51,961 nt of DNA from Desulfurococcales archaeon ex4484_217_1 (GCA_002254745.1 NJED01000013.1:1-51961), one strand, 5' to 3'. Shown: positions 18,990 through 32,098, counted from the stretch's first letter. Numbers and translations: made by a program. The notes: generated by a model not told the origin, from the sequence alone.

Positions 18990-19375
18990 AGTATAGACTA
19001 CTAGACATACTAGCCTGCCCAATATGCAAACATTTCCCCCTAAAACATTACATTATCGAAGAGAACATATATGAAGACAGAGTTTTAGAAGAAGAGAAAC
19101 CTTTATGCGAACTATATTGCGGTTATCTAGGGAAAAAAGTTAAGGAGATTAAAGAATTCCCCTGCGAAGAATGTTTTAAAAAGGAAGTTAAAACAGGGGC
19201 TCTATACTGCTCAAACTGCGGTAGATGGTACCCAATAATCGATGAAATACCTCAAATGCTACCTGATGAGTTAAGAGACAAGAAATCAGATCTAGAGTTT
19301 CTGAAAAAGTACAAGGAAAAGTTACCTGAGAAAATAGTCTTACTCGGCAAACCTTATAACTTGAAGGTTTCATGA
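18986..19375 (+). CDS. Trm112-family methyltransferase activator
   Basis: LLDILACPICK.FPL ... GALYCSNCGRWYPIIDEIP. Confidence 0.9.
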   Translation: MKYRLLDILACPICKHFPLKHYIIEENIYEDRVLEEEKPLCELYCGYLGKKVKEIKEFPCEECFKKEVKTGALYCSNCGRWYPIIDEIPQMLPDELRDKKSDLEFLKKYKEKLPEKIVLLGKPYNLKVS

Positions 19376-19426
19376 TAAATTTTAAACTATCTCTGCAATA
19401 GCTTAGAGTAAGGTGGTAGGTTTCAC

Positions 19427-19843
19427 ATGTTTAGAAGACCGGAAGAATCATTTGCATCACATCTGACAGAATGGATTAAACTACAGAAAACACTGCTTGA
19501 AACTGTGAAAAAACTAAATGACAGTATAAAGAAGGGAGATAGGTTAACACTAATAATAGCTACTAGAACGGTATTCCAACATATAATGAGAACAATTAAG
19601 GCTTTTGACCAATGGCTTCAAGATCCATTCATATTAGAACACATGCCTAGGGAAATGCTTGAAGAAGTTTGGGACAACATTTCCGACATACTGCTTAAAC
19701 TTCTAGAATTAGACATTGAACATACGAGCCAGTTTAGAGACTTAATAATAAAGTTGGCAAAAGAAGATAAGCTAAACCCACTAGTATGGCCTAAGAAAAG
19801 GAAAGGTCTAGAGAAAAAACCTACACTACATACTACGATGTAG
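19427..19843 (+). CDS. DUF2153-family protein
   Basis: [42 protein letters not shown]. Confidence 0.8.
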   Translation: MFRRPEESFASHLTEWIKLQKTLLETVKKLNDSIKKGDRLTLIIATRTVFQHIMRTIKAFDQWLQDPFILEHMPREMLEEVWDNISDILLKLLELDIEHTSQFRDLIIKLAKEDKLNPLVWPKKRKGLEKKPTLHTTM

Positions 19844-19877
19844 TTTAACAATTTAACTTGAAATCCACGGTGTAGTA

Positions 19878-20792
19878 ATGAATTTATTAGCGAAGTTCAG
19901 GGAAAAACTGGATGTTTTAAAAAGAATTTCTCCACAAGATGTCCTCAGTATTCTTGAAGATTTTAAAAACCTCATGCAAGGCGAAACTAAGAAAGAAAAC
20001 TTCGAATACTTTGATAGAATTGAAGGATTAATTAAAGTTAAGAGTACACATTTAGCTGTTATAGGAGATATTCATGGAGACCTCGCAAGTCTAAGAGCAA
20101 TTATGGGTAACATAAATAAACATTTGCCAGACGAAGATAGTGTTCTCGTGTTTTTGGGAGACTATGTAGATAGAGGAGTAGAGTCTTTCGAAACTATAAT
20201 GTCCATTATTATGTTGAAACTTGAAAACCCAGAAAAAATCATCATGCTTAGAGGAAATCATGAACCACCACCTAACCTTATACCATACCCTCACGACTTC
20301 CCATTATTTCTTAAAATGAAATTTAAAAAATCATGGAAAGAAGTATATGATGTATTCTTTGATATTTTCCAGCTACTACCACATGCAGCATACGTTGAAT
20401 CAAAAATTTTCCTTGTTCACGGAGGCGTGCCAGTGAAAACTAGTAGTCTTGAAAAAATCGCTTTTGCTCATGAGGAGAAAGAGATTTTAGAAGAGCTTCT
20501 ATGGAACGATCCAAGTGATTTTATTGAAGAATGGACTTACTCGCCTAGAGGGGCGGGTAAGCTTTTCGGAATTAAGATTACCAGGGAATTTCTTAGGCAA
20601 AATAATTTTATAGGAATCATAAGAAGCCATGAACCATGTAATGGTTTTAAAATAAACCATAATGGCTTGGTCCTAACCATATTTTCGAGGAAAGGCTACC
20701 CCTATTTTAACAAATACGCTTCAATAATAATTTTAAATGTAAAGGAACTTAAAAGCAAAGAAGACTTATTAAAACATGTATTAACATTTTGA
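19878..20792 (+). CDS. PPP-family Ser/Thr protein phosphatase
   Basis: GDIHG, GDYVDRG, RGNHE, HGG, LLWNDP, SPRGAG, RSHE. Confidence 0.93.
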   Translation: MNLLAKFREKLDVLKRISPQDVLSILEDFKNLMQGETKKENFEYFDRIEGLIKVKSTHLAVIGDIHGDLASLRAIMGNINKHLPDEDSVLVFLGDYVDRGVESFETIMSIIMLKLENPEKIIMLRGNHEPPPNLIPYPHDFPLFLKMKFKKSWKEVYDVFFDIFQLLPHAAYVESKIFLVHGGVPVKTSSLEKIAFAHEEKEILEELLWNDPSDFIEEWTYSPRGAGKLFGIKITREFLRQNNFIGIIRSHEPCNGFKINHNGLVLTIFSRKGYPYFNKYASIIILNVKELKSKEDLLKHVLTF

Positions 20793-20795
20793 ATA

Positions 20796-21269
20796 TTATC
20801 TTCTACGTCTCCTTCTAGAGATCTTTAGTAATTTAAAGCTTAGTTCCTGCTCTGCATCTATTGGAATTATTTTTGATCTAAGCTCTTCCACTAGTTGAGG
20901 AATTTTTTCAGCATTTTCACCTAGCCTACTAACGTGGTTTTCTAAGAACTCTAAACCCTCCGATGTTACTCTTAATTTTTTATTTCTAGGATTAGTTTCT
21001 AGAAGACCTAGGTAAAGCAGCGCTATGATGTCCTCTTTAAGCTCTTTAGATGAAAGTGAACCCGCAATTTCGAAGAATCTATACCCTAAATTAACATTCT
21101 TATCTTGAATGTTCTTAACTAAATATATTAGCGCTTTCTCGGTTATTTCGCCGAAAGACTTTATGGTTTGTAGTAGTGCTATTTTTCTTACATCATTTAC
21201 TATATCCGCTATTGTTATTGCAGGTCTAGTAATTATTTTTAATTCTTTAGACCTGCCTGGAGCTGCCAT
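20796..21269 (-). CDS. Hypothetical winged-helix-like protein
   Basis: LKEDIIALLYLGLLE...KLRVTSEGLEFL wing pattern; Arg-rich tail. Confidence 0.65.
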   Translation of the reverse strand: MAAPGRSKELKIITRPAITIADIVNDVRKIALLQTIKSFGEITEKALIYLVKNIQDKNVNLGYRFFEIAGSLSSKELKEDIIALLYLGLLETNPRNKKLRVTSEGLEFLENHVSRLGENAEKIPQLVEELRSKIIPIDAEQELSFKLLKISRRRRRR

Positions 21270-21271
21270 CT

Positions 21272-22300
21272 TTAACCCTTCTCCATATTCTTCTTTTCTT
21301 CAGATTTAAGTTTAGTAGGCTTAATAGATAATCTTTCGGCTACTTTTCTAACAGCTTTCTCAAAAGTTAGTCCGCTAAACATGTAATGGTCTATTTCATA
21401 TTTTAGTATTTCTTCACCAAGGTCTCCGAAAACATCTTTAAACATCTTAATTAAGGCTTCATATAGGCTTTTAATTTCTACAGATACTTCTTTTGGTAGG
21501 GTTTTTACGGGTTTCATTACCCTACCTATTTTAACTTTTATTCTGGCTTTAGGTAGTGTTGCTAAGGCACTATAGCCGAAAGTCATTAACATGAAGAATG
21601 AGGAAAGACCTAATACTAATAGTGAAGTTATTTTTAGTAAATATGCACTAGAGGGGTTTAGAAGAAGTACTGTTGTTAATGTTAGGTAGGCAATGTAGGA
21701 GCACATTATTGTTAAAGCTAGGGATGGAAAAACCACGTATTTTATACGTTTAACTATAAGATAAGCTTCTAAAAGAACTAAAAATAGTGCAGCAAGAGAC
21801 AATAGGGGGATAGCGTTATCAACGATAAACAGCATCTTACTTACATCTAGGCCTGCAATTAGCAAATAGAATAGGTGATAATTTACGGTAAATGTTAAAG
21901 CTATAAATGCTAAAAGAGACAGGAGTATTCTACGCCTTTTTATGATGACTATTTTCTGTTTTACTATGGTTTCTTTGAATTCGTTCACAATATTCCTAAA
22001 AGACTCTACGACTTCTCCGAATTCTTTGGCTGTGGATTCTTCATTTAACATACCTAGTTTGTCATGAACTTCCAGCATTTTGCTGAATAGTTTTTCAAGA
22101 GATTCATTTATCATAGGGCCTCCGATGTATGTTATTTCATTTAGGCTTTTCTTAACATCATTTAGGATGGTGTTTAAGGTTTCGATAATGCTCGTATTGA
22201 AGCTTTTCCTTTCTAAGGAACCTAGTTCGTACTCAAAATATCTGATTAAACTTACTAACGCTTCTTTCATATCGTTAGCTTCAATAGTGTGTGTTGACAT
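21272..22300 (-). CDS. Membrane protein with helical N-terminal domain, hypothetical
   Basis: 342-aa ORF with about 4 central TM helices. Confidence 0.7.
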   Translation of the reverse strand: MSTHTIEANDMKEALVSLIRYFEYELGSLERKSFNTSIIETLNTILNDVKKSLNEITYIGGPMINESLEKLFSKMLEVHDKLGMLNEESTAKEFGEVVESFRNIVNEFKETIVKQKIVIIKRRRILLSLLAFIALTFTVNYHLFYLLIAGLDVSKMLFIVDNAIPLLSLAALFLVLLEAYLIVKRIKYVVFPSLALTIMCSYIAYLTLTTVLLLNPSSAYLLKITSLLVLGLSSFFMLMTFGYSALATLPKARIKVKIGRVMKPVKTLPKEVSVEIKSLYEALIKMFKDVFGDLGEEILKYEIDHYMFSGLTFEKAVRKVAERLSIKPTKLKSEEKKNMEKG

Positions 22301-22321
22301 TACCTAAGCACCGTTGATGTG

Positions 22322-22399
22322 AGAGGTCAGATCCGCTGAAGGTTCATCAAAACCCCCAACCCCTAAGGGCATCAGGGTTTAGGGGGTACATCATCCCCT
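22322..22399 (-). ncRNA. Box C/D sRNA with extended D'-C' spacer
   Basis: Minus strand reads ATGATGT-ACCCCCTAAACC-CTGA-22 nt-TGATGA-ACCTTCAGCGGAT-CTGA; TATA near 22425. Confidence 0.8.
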
Positions 22400-22463
22400 A
22401 CTCTTAGCTCCCAATATAGAACTTTAAACTTTTCCCATTACCTACTTGGGGTTATTTAAGTAA

Positions 22464-23862
<1,399 letters not shown>

Positions 23863-23872
23863 TTTTTCCATT

Positions 23873-24903
23873 TTAGCTTAAACCTAGAGCGCCCAATACG
23901 CCAACAACGTTTACTACAATAAGTGAACCAACTATTAAAGCTGAAACTACTTTTATAAAGGACGAAGCTAGAGGCTTAACTTTCCAATATAGGAGTACAA
24001 CGAAAAGTGCAGGGATCCATGATGTAAGACTAATTAGTATGGATGAATCTCTTACTAAATCTGCAAAACCTCCTCCAAAGATATTTCTCGAAAAAGCATG
24101 TGCAAAAGCGATTAGCAGCGAAATAAGTATTGTTAAGCTAGCTACTTTAAAATAGAGTTTGCTTGCTACAATATCTTTTAAACTAGTAGTTTCTGTTAAG
24201 TACTCATAGAACATGTAAGCATTACAGAGTATTATGGCCTCTATAGCGAGAGTTGAAGAAGCTAAAATCCCTATGCAGAAAAGAAGTGGACCAATAATGC
24301 CAAGAGGTTTTAAAGCTAATATCATATCGTGAATTGTTGAAGTGTTTTCTGGAGCATAAGCCGCAGCAACAACAGCAACAGAAATACTGGCAAGGGATGT
24401 AAATACTAAGCCTACAGAGATGTCTATGAACTCTTCAGGTATTTCATGCATCTTTAACCCTTTCATAATAATGCTAGATGTTTGAAAAATTAGCGCATAT
24501 GGTGCTGCAGCAGCGCCGAACACAGCTAAAACGTCGATAAAATACTGTCTCCCTAAGGCTACTTCGGGGAAACTACGTTTAAAGTGAAGGAGACACCTAT
24601 GATGTTTATTGCTATGGTTACTACATTAGCGATAAATAGTGAGATGAGGATTATGAGAGTTAAATGTTTACCAAATATTTTCCTCGATTTAACTATAACG
24701 CCTTCACGCATAACTACGCCTACTTCAACAGCTAGCTGCTGCAATAACGCTATGATTATTGAAGCTAATACTATAATCCACAGTATTTTAAAACCGTAAA
24801 TAGCTCCTACGTACGTAAACACCCCTATGTTCGTTATTTCTAAACCTGATACAGCAGAAATAAGTCCTGGACCTAAAATACTAATAATCCTAAATTTCTT
24901 CAA
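23873..24903 (-). pseudogene. NRAMP/MntH-like divalent metal transporter split by an apparent deletion
   Basis: LGPGLISA..G..YGF.ILW..LQQLA in the N-part; GAAAAPY..FQTS in the C-part; the two parts are in different frames. Confidence 0.75.
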
Positions 24904-24989
24904 ATTAACACCTAGAACTATTTAGTTAAACGAGAAGAGTACTTAAGATGTAGGGTTCTTACTTCTTGTTAAACTTCGATTCTATATTG

Positions 24990-25343
24990 TTAACGATTTC
25001 TCATAACATTATGGTCTATTAGCAATACTACATATAGTGGGCTACCCCTACCTCTGTCATTGTATGCATGCGGCGAGACTATAGAAGTAGATGAAACTAT
25101 GGTTATGGGTTCTATTGAATTATTTGACGTATTCTCTATCTCTGCTTTTACACCTCTTAGCTCTGAAGAAAATGTGAAATTACTAACAACCGTACTATTC
25201 TCTTCGCTAGTCTTCTTAGTGTCGCTCTTTCCTCTTCTAACTTTCCTCTTCACATAGTAGTAATTATATATGAAGGGTAAAACTCCGCCCATGATGTAGA
25301 CTAGAATCCTCAGCAGCAACCACATATCCATAGTAACCACCAT
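24990..25343 (-). CDS. Small single-pass membrane protein, hypothetical
   Basis: N-terminal TM helix followed by a basic patch. Confidence 0.45.
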   Translation of the reverse strand: MVVTMDMWLLLRILVYIMGGVLPFIYNYYYVKRKVRRGKSDTKKTSEENSTVVSNFTFSSELRGVKAEIENTSNNSIEPITIVSSTSIVSPHAYNDRGRGSPLYVVLLIDHNVMRNR

Positions 25344-25550
25344 TACTTTATACTTTGCCTTTATTTGCTATGTCTGGAGAGGATGTTGTAGTAGAGTAGT
25401 TTAAAAACTAGTTTGCTTAGTTTCGACCTTACTTTATTTTCCAAGATACTACATTCGTACATTTCATTGTTATTACATGAGTATTAATCTCCGCAGATAA
25501 TGTGAACAATGGTAATACTTAAATTACTCTTTTTAAAATCACTTTGAAAA

Positions 25551-25608
25551 CTCTCAGCCGAAATATCTTTCATCACAATTTCAGTTTGAGTCGTGCTCGT
25601 CTTCCAAA
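25551..25608 (-). ncRNA. Candidate box C/D sRNA with degenerate C box
   Basis: Minus strand reads TGGAAGA-CGAGCACGACTCAAA-CTGA-AATT-GTGATGA-AAGATATTTCGG-CTGA; TTTAAA about 25 nt upstream. Confidence 0.6.
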
Positions 25609-25691
25609 TACTATTTGAATATTTAGGATAAATATTTAAATTTAATTAGTCTTGCCTTAATTTATGAGAGTACTGTAGATTTAAATTGCAC

Positions 25692-26366
25692 TTATGAGTC
25701 TTTGAATTCGTTAATAATTTCTCTTACCACCTTATGCGGTTCATTAGATCTTGTTATAGCCGAGCCTACGATTACAATGTTAGCACCAGACTTAATAAGA
25801 TTATTAACCTTACCCGGTCGAATACCACCTGCTACTGCTAGGCATCTGCTAAACACTTCTCTTATTTTGCTAACTACTTGGCCCATGTCAGCTACTGTTA
25901 TTCCTAACTTCCTTTGTACATCTATACCTAGGTGAGATATCAAAATATCTACATTCATCCTCTCTAGTTCGGCTGCTCTGGTTAAGGGGTTAGGGTGCGA
26001 TATGAGGTCCACGGCTATTAGGAGTCCGTATTTCTTACCATATGTTAGCGCTTCGTTTATAGTGTAATTACTGGCTACAGAGAGAATAGTCGTAATATCT
26101 GCTCCTGCTTCATGGGCTAGTTTTGCTTCTAAAAACCCTGTATCCATGGTTTTCATGTCTGCGACTATTATTGCTTCAGGAAACTTTTCTCTAAGAACCT
26201 TAACTGCTTTCAAACCCGCCGACTTTATTAAGGGTGTTCCCGCTTCTAAAATTTCTGCGCCATTGTCCCAAGCTATTTTAGCTATTTTTAAAGCTTCATC
26301 TAATGATGTAAGGTCTAAAGCCACTTGGAGTCTAGGACGTTTAAGTAACTCATCTACACTAACCAA
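25692..26366 (-). CDS. hps: 3-hexulose-6-phosphate synthase (OMPdecase/HUMPS family)
   Basis: LQVALD, EAGTPLIK, ADMKTMDTG, AVAGGI, VGSAIT. Confidence 0.88.
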   Translation of the reverse strand: MVSVDELLKRPRLQVALDLTSLDEALKIAKIAWDNGAEILEAGTPLIKSAGLKAVKVLREKFPEAIIVADMKTMDTGFLEAKLAHEAGADITTILSVASNYTINEALTYGKKYGLLIAVDLISHPNPLTRAAELERMNVDILISHLGIDVQRKLGITVADMGQVVSKIREVFSRCLAVAGGIRPGKVNNLIKSGANIVIVGSAITRSNEPHKVVREIINEFKDS

Positions 26367-26442
26367 TAAAACCCCTAATTGTTTGATGAAAACTTAAAGT
26401 TATAAACTTATTCTTAGAGTAAGTTTTACAATGTGGTGACCG

Positions 26443-28050
26443 GTGACAAAGTACGTATTCGTAACTGGAGGAGTACTTTCAAGTGTAGGTAAAGGAATAG
26501 TTACTGCTTCTATAGGTAAGCTTCTCCAAGCTAGAGGATACAGCGTTACGGCAATAAAAATTGATCCATATTTAAACGTAGATGCTGGAACAATGAACCC
26601 TTACATGCATGGAGAAGTTTTCGTAACAGAAGATGGCGGTGAAACAGATTTAGATCTAGGACATTATGAAAGATTCCTACATATAAATCTCTCAAAATTT
26701 AACAACATAACAACGGGCCAAGTGTACTTGAAGGTTATTGAGAGGGAGAGAAAGGGGGAGTACTTAGGTAAATGCGTTCAAATAATACCCCACATAACCG
26801 ATGAAATTAAGAGTAGAATAAGGTTTGTTGCTAAGCGGGAAGAGGTAGATGTAGTTGTAGTTGAAATAGGAGGTACTGTAGGGGATATTGAAGGACTACC
26901 TTTCCTAGAAGCTGTAAGGCAGATGAGAATAGAAGAGGGATATCAGAACACAGTTTTCGTACACGTAGCCTTAGTCCCTATATTAGAGGTTACGGGTGAG
27001 CAAAAAACAAAACCTGTCCAACATAGTGTCCAGGAGCTTAGGAGAATAGGTATTCAACCTGACATAATAGTTGCTAGGTGTAAAGTTACACTTGAAGATG
27101 AAGCTAAAAGGAAAATAGCATTATACGGTAATGTTCCATTAGATTCCGTTTTCACATCCTATACTGTGGGCACGATATACGAAGTACCCTTAATTCTTGA
27201 AAAACAAGGATTAGGTAAGAAGGTTATTGAGAGATTACACCTTGAACCTAGAGAACCCAACCTTAGAGACCTAGAATGGTTTGTAGGGAGAATTAAACAT
27301 AGTAAAAGGAAAGTCGTAGTGGGTATGGTGGGTAAATATACTAAGCTTAAAGATAGCTACATAAGCATAAACGAAGCTTTAGTTCATGCTGGAGCGCATT
27401 TAGCCGTAAAACCTACCTTAAAATGGATTGAAGCTACCGATATAGAAGAAGGAAGAATAAGTGTTGAAGAAGCATTAAGTGAAGTGAACGGTGTAATAGT
27501 TCTTCCAGGCTTCGGTAAGAGAGGCGCTGAAGGAAAGATTATGGCTATAAAATATGCTAGAGAAAACAATATACCATTACTTGGCATATGTTTCGGTATG
27601 CAGTTAATGGTCGTAGAATACGCTAGAAACGTAATAGGGTTAGAACATGCTCACAGTACAGAAATAGATCCTAAAACACCACATCCAGTAATTGACCTTA
27701 TGGAGGAACAGACAAGAATTAAGCAACTAGGAGGAACCATGAGGCTAGGAGCCTACCCAATAAATCTCTTCAAAAATACTCTTGCATACAGTCTTTATAG
27801 CAAGGAAACAATATATGAAAGACATAGGCATAGGTATGAGGTTAATCCGAAATACATTGACAAAATATTTGCTCACGGTCTTAGAATTTCAGGTTTAAGC
27901 TATGATGGTAGAGTAGAGTTTGTAGAGTTAAGTAAAAAAGAGCATACGTTTTACCTAGGAACCCAGGCTCACCCAGAGTTTAAGTCCAGACCTTTAAGTC
28001 CTTCTCCACCATACCTAGGTTTTCTTAAGGCGGCAATAGGCTTAATCTAA
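26443..28050 (+). CDS. pyrG: CTP synthase
   Basis: [47 protein letters not shown]. Confidence 0.98.
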   Translation: MTKYVFVTGGVLSSVGKGIVTASIGKLLQARGYSVTAIKIDPYLNVDAGTMNPYMHGEVFVTEDGGETDLDLGHYERFLHINLSKFNNITTGQVYLKVIERERKGEYLGKCVQIIPHITDEIKSRIRFVAKREEVDVVVVEIGGTVGDIEGLPFLEAVRQMRIEEGYQNTVFVHVALVPILEVTGEQKTKPVQHSVQELRRIGIQPDIIVARCKVTLEDEAKRKIALYGNVPLDSVFTSYTVGTIYEVPLILEKQGLGKKVIERLHLEPREPNLRDLEWFVGRIKHSKRKVVVGMVGKYTKLKDSYISINEALVHAGAHLAVKPTLKWIEATDIEEGRISVEEALSEVNGVIVLPGFGKRGAEGKIMAIKYARENNIPLLGICFGMQLMVVEYARNVIGLEHAHSTEIDPKTPHPVIDLMEEQTRIKQLGGTMRLGAYPINLFKNTLAYSLYSKETIYERHRHRYEVNPKYIDKIFAHGLRISGLSYDGRVEFVELSKKEHTFYLGTQAHPEFKSRPLSPSPPYLGFLKAAIGLI

Positions 28051-28386
28051 TACTAAAAGAACTTTCCTTATATTAGTTTTTGAAATCTTTTTAACACCGC
28101 GTTTACCAGGCTCATAAGTTGACTTAACTAACTTAACAGCTTCAAGTATTCTTATTTGAGCACTAGCGTTTGCTTTACTTTGAGATATAAGTTCTGCTGC
28201 CTTGCCAACATACATTCCACCTTCTCTTAAATATCTTAGTATTTTAAGTCTTGTAATTGATGAGAGAGCTGAAGCTACCTTTTGGACATATTCTTCACCT
28301 CGAACAATCAGTGCGTCTTCGACTTCGTATATGCCTGGGTTCTTAGGTATAACTAGTTTCACTTCACCTTCTGCTTTTAATGACAA
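28042..28386 (-). CDS. ArsR-family transcriptional regulator
   Basis: [16 protein letters not shown] ... [15 protein letters not shown]. Confidence 0.85.
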   Translation of the reverse strand: MSLKAEGEVKLVIPKNPGIYEVEDALIVRGEEYVQKVASALSSITRLKILRYLREGGMYVGKAAELISQSKANASAQIRILEAVKLVKSTYEPGKRGVKKISKTNIRKVLLVLD

Positions 28387-28561
28387 CTGTTTACCCTCAC
28401 CAATACATAGGTTATAGAAATATATTAATTTAATATATTAATTTTTAACTTATTTTAAAACCTTCTAAAACGTAATCACCTTAAATACTATTTTAACAGC
28501 ATTTTTAAAGTACTCATACTAAATATGAACCTAGGTTAAGGTATATTAAGGTATACAAGTA

Positions 28562-29455
28562 ATGCCAGTAAATCCTGGATACGTGTTTAAGCAGTTAACG
28601 CCTAGAGACATGAAGATACTTAGGGTTATAGAGAAGTTAATGAGGAAGTACGAGTATGTACCCTTAGACATTATAGTTTCTAGAAGCAGAATGGTAGATA
28701 AGGATGTTTCACTTGTTTTTTCTAAGCTTAACAGTTTAAAGCTTGTCAAAAGGTATAGAGGAGATTATACTGGGTATAGGATAACGAGTTTAGGCTATGA
28801 TTGCTTAGCTCTAGAAGATTTAGTTAGGAGAAACATCGTTTATGCTCTTGGACCTAAGCTAGGTGTTGGTAAGGAAGCAGATTTATATTTAGGGTTAAGT
28901 CCAGCTAACGAGAAAATAGTAGTTAAATTTCATAGAGTAGGTAGAACAAGCTTCAGACAAGTGAAAAGGCTTAGAGTATATGCTGAAGAAGCTGAGGTTT
29001 CCTGGCTTCTAAGATCATCAATTTCTGCTGAAAGAGAGTTTAAAGCTTTAATAGAGTGTTTAAAAGCTCAAGTAAATGTTCCTATACCTTTAGGTAGAAG
29101 CAGACATGCTGTTGTTATGAAACATATTAATGGCGTTCTACTGTTAAAGTATAGAAACCCTTCAGACCCTGAAACCATGTTACGTACAATACTTGACAGT
29201 GTTAGGAGAGCATACCTCATAGTAGGTATAGTTCATGGGGACTTAAGCGAATACAATGTTATGGTGGAGCTAGGTACTGAAAGACCAATATTAATAGATT
29301 GGCCTCAATACGTTGAGAGAGAACATCCTAGTGCTCCTATACTCTTAGAGAGAGATGTCAAATATATAATAGGGTTTTTCAAGAGAAAATATCGTGTAGA
29401 AATACCTGTAAAAGAGGCTTTGAAATATGTGAGGGGTAAAATTGAGGAAATCTAG
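28562..29455 (+). CDS. rio2: RIO2-type Ser/Thr kinase
   Basis: N-terminal wHTH (GYDCLAL), GVGKEAD, KFHRVGRTSF, HGDLSEYN, IDWPQ. Confidence 0.93.
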   Translation: MPVNPGYVFKQLTPRDMKILRVIEKLMRKYEYVPLDIIVSRSRMVDKDVSLVFSKLNSLKLVKRYRGDYTGYRITSLGYDCLALEDLVRRNIVYALGPKLGVGKEADLYLGLSPANEKIVVKFHRVGRTSFRQVKRLRVYAEEAEVSWLLRSSISAEREFKALIECLKAQVNVPIPLGRSRHAVVMKHINGVLLLKYRNPSDPETMLRTILDSVRRAYLIVGIVHGDLSEYNVMVELGTERPILIDWPQYVEREHPSAPILLERDVKYIIGFFKRKYRVEIPVKEALKYVRGKIEEI

Positions 29456-31404
29456 TAGAAAACCTAGCGTAGTATTCGGTGTAGACATACTACCTTCCAG
29501 CTCACCTCAGTCATCTAAGGAACCGCACTATGCTTTGGTCATCTTAAAGAATGGAGAAGTTTGGGAAAAATACTCTGATGTAGCTTTAAGAAGAATAATT
29601 AGGTTGGCTTGGGAACATAAGCCTGAAATAATAAGCATTGACAATATTTTCGAGCTAGGAGCTAATGAGAGAAACGTAGTGAAAATAATAAGTATGTTAC
29701 CTCCGGAAACATCGGTTGTACAAGTTAATGTTAGTGAGGAAAAAATTTCAAAACTATGGGAAGTAGCTAAGCAAGCCAAGTTAATCTCTGAATATAGCAA
29801 GTTTCCTCCATTAAAAACAGCCTACTTAGCAGCAATACTTGCGTATAAGGGGTATGGTTCAAAAGTTAAAGTTTACGAGGAAAAAACAAAAATCATTATT
29901 ACTAAAGGTAGGAGCTTAACCCAAGGGGGTATGAGCCAATTAAGATATAGAAGACATGTTAGGGGTCTAATTCTCCAAGCAGTAAGGAAAATTAAGGAAG
30001 TGCTTGAAGAACATGGAATAGACTATGATCTTGTTGTTAGGAAAACCGAAAGCGGCTTTGACGGAGCAGTATTCACAGTTTATGCACCTAGAGCAAAACT
30101 CTACGGCATAGTCTCTCCCATGAAAGGACATGATATTAGAGTAATTATAAGACCTATTTATAGAGGAAAAATAGAGTTTGAACATGTAAAGCCAAGAATA
30201 CTCACAAGGAAAAGGCCCTTAATTGTGGGAATAGATCCGGGAATGATAACTGGAGTAGCTATTTTAGATATTGACGGTGAAGTATTAAGAGTTTTTAGTG
30301 GCAAAAACATTGACAGAGCAACCATAGTTAAGGAAATAGAAAAATACGGTAAACCACTCATCATAGCTTCGGATGTTTACCCGCCGCCCGAGGCTTTAGA
30401 AAAGCTAACTTCTACTCTAAGAGCAAAACTTTACACGCCACAGCAATCTCTAAGTCAAAGCGAGAAAGAAGAGCTTGTAAAAACCTATTTAGAAAACATA
30501 GAGAGCCCTATAGAGGTTGAAGATACGCATCAAAGAGACGCATTAGCAGCAGCAATAAATGCATGGAAATCTTTTAGAACTAAGCTTGAACAAATCGAAG
30601 ACTATGTAAGTAAAATGGAGCAAGGAAATATTTAGAAAACTAACTTTAGAATTAAGAACAAGAGCTGAAGAAAAGAAAATTGAAGAAAAGACCGTTAAAC
30701 AACCTCAGGTTAGTGAAGCCCTTCTGAAGGAGATTAAGAAATTGGAAAGAGAAAAAGCACAATTGAAGGAAAAGCTTAGTAAAGCACGTAAAGAAATATT
30801 TGAGCTTAAAAAGCAGCTAGAATTATACCATAAACAGACAAATATACAGGTTAAAACTGTAAGGGAAATACAAGCGTTAAGTGAGGAAGTTAGGAGGCTG
30901 AGTGAAGAACTTAAAAAGTATGAAAGAGAAAATTTAAGGCTCAAACAGGAAATAGCCGATTTAAAGTCAATAATAATTACAATATCTAAGCATAACTATA
31001 GATTAGCTGTACCAATAACAACGCTAACATTAACATCAATATCTAAGGCTGAAAGAGAATATGGCCCTATAGGGAAAGATAGTATAATATACGTTGTTAA
31101 CCCTGTATTTGTTCAAAAAGAAGCCTTATCTAAGCTTGTAGAAGCAGAAATACTTTCCATAGTAGTGCATGAGCCTGAGGAAGAATTTGTTAGAGGCGTA
31201 GAGAATCAAGGAATACCTGTACTGAAAATAGAAGATATTAAAGATTACATAATACGGGTGTTTGACAACATAGTACTATACAATAACACTTTAATTAAAG
31301 TTGCTAAGAAGAGGAAGAAGGAATTAGAAGAAAAACTTAGAGCAAGAAAAACATTAGAGCTTGAAGATTTAATTATGAAATACAGAATGGAAAGATGGGG
31401 TTAA
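29442..31404 (+). pseudogene. DUF460-domain protein (RNase H-like + coiled coil), frameshifted near 30620
   Basis: GGMSQLRYRR, IVGIDPG.TG, HQRDALAAA; the coiled coil continues in another frame from about 30622 into ORF 30742-31404. Confidence 0.85.
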
Positions 31405-32098
31405 CAGCCATTTCCTGGGTTGAAGAATTCTTCATAAGAAAACCCCATCTCTTCCTTAAAATATTAAAAGCCTTATGGAGTAAAGGTGAAGAAGAAGTAA
31501 AATACGTTGCCAAAGTTCTTAAAGCGCATGGTGTAAATGAAGGTTCTAAAATTTTGGAAGTAGGGTGCGGTAATGGGAGAATAGCTATTAACTTGGCGAA
31601 ACTAGGCTATGAAGTAGTTGGTTTAGATATTTCCTCAGAGCTCATAAAGGATGCATGTAGAAAAGCAGAGTCTATGAAGGTAAAAGCAAAGTTTCTTGTT
31701 GGCGATGCTAGAAGGATAGATAAGATATTTAAGCCTAAGGAGTTTGATGCTGTAATATTCTACTGGACGAGCGTAATAGGATACCATGGTGAAAATGCGG
31801 ATAGACAAATACTTCTTGCATGTAGGAGGGTAGTTAGAGATCATGGGAAACTATTCATACTTAAACATGCAAGTAGAGAAGTAGCGTTAGCAAAGCATGA
31901 ACTTATGCCTAACATAAAATACTATGTTGACCATGGAGACTTCGTAGTTATCGAGGAACACAATTTCGACATACTGTACTCCAAAGTTCAAGCAAAATGG
32001 ACATTCTATGTCAAGAAAGGCAAGGATCTCGTATTTCTAGATGAAATTTCCTTCACCTTACGATTATATTCCATCCATGAATTAATTAACTTAGCCGT
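31395..32098 (+). CDS. Class I SAM-dependent methyltransferase; 3' end lost at the junction with metK
   Basis: [32 protein letters not shown], then the sequence switches to metK antisense. Confidence 0.85.
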
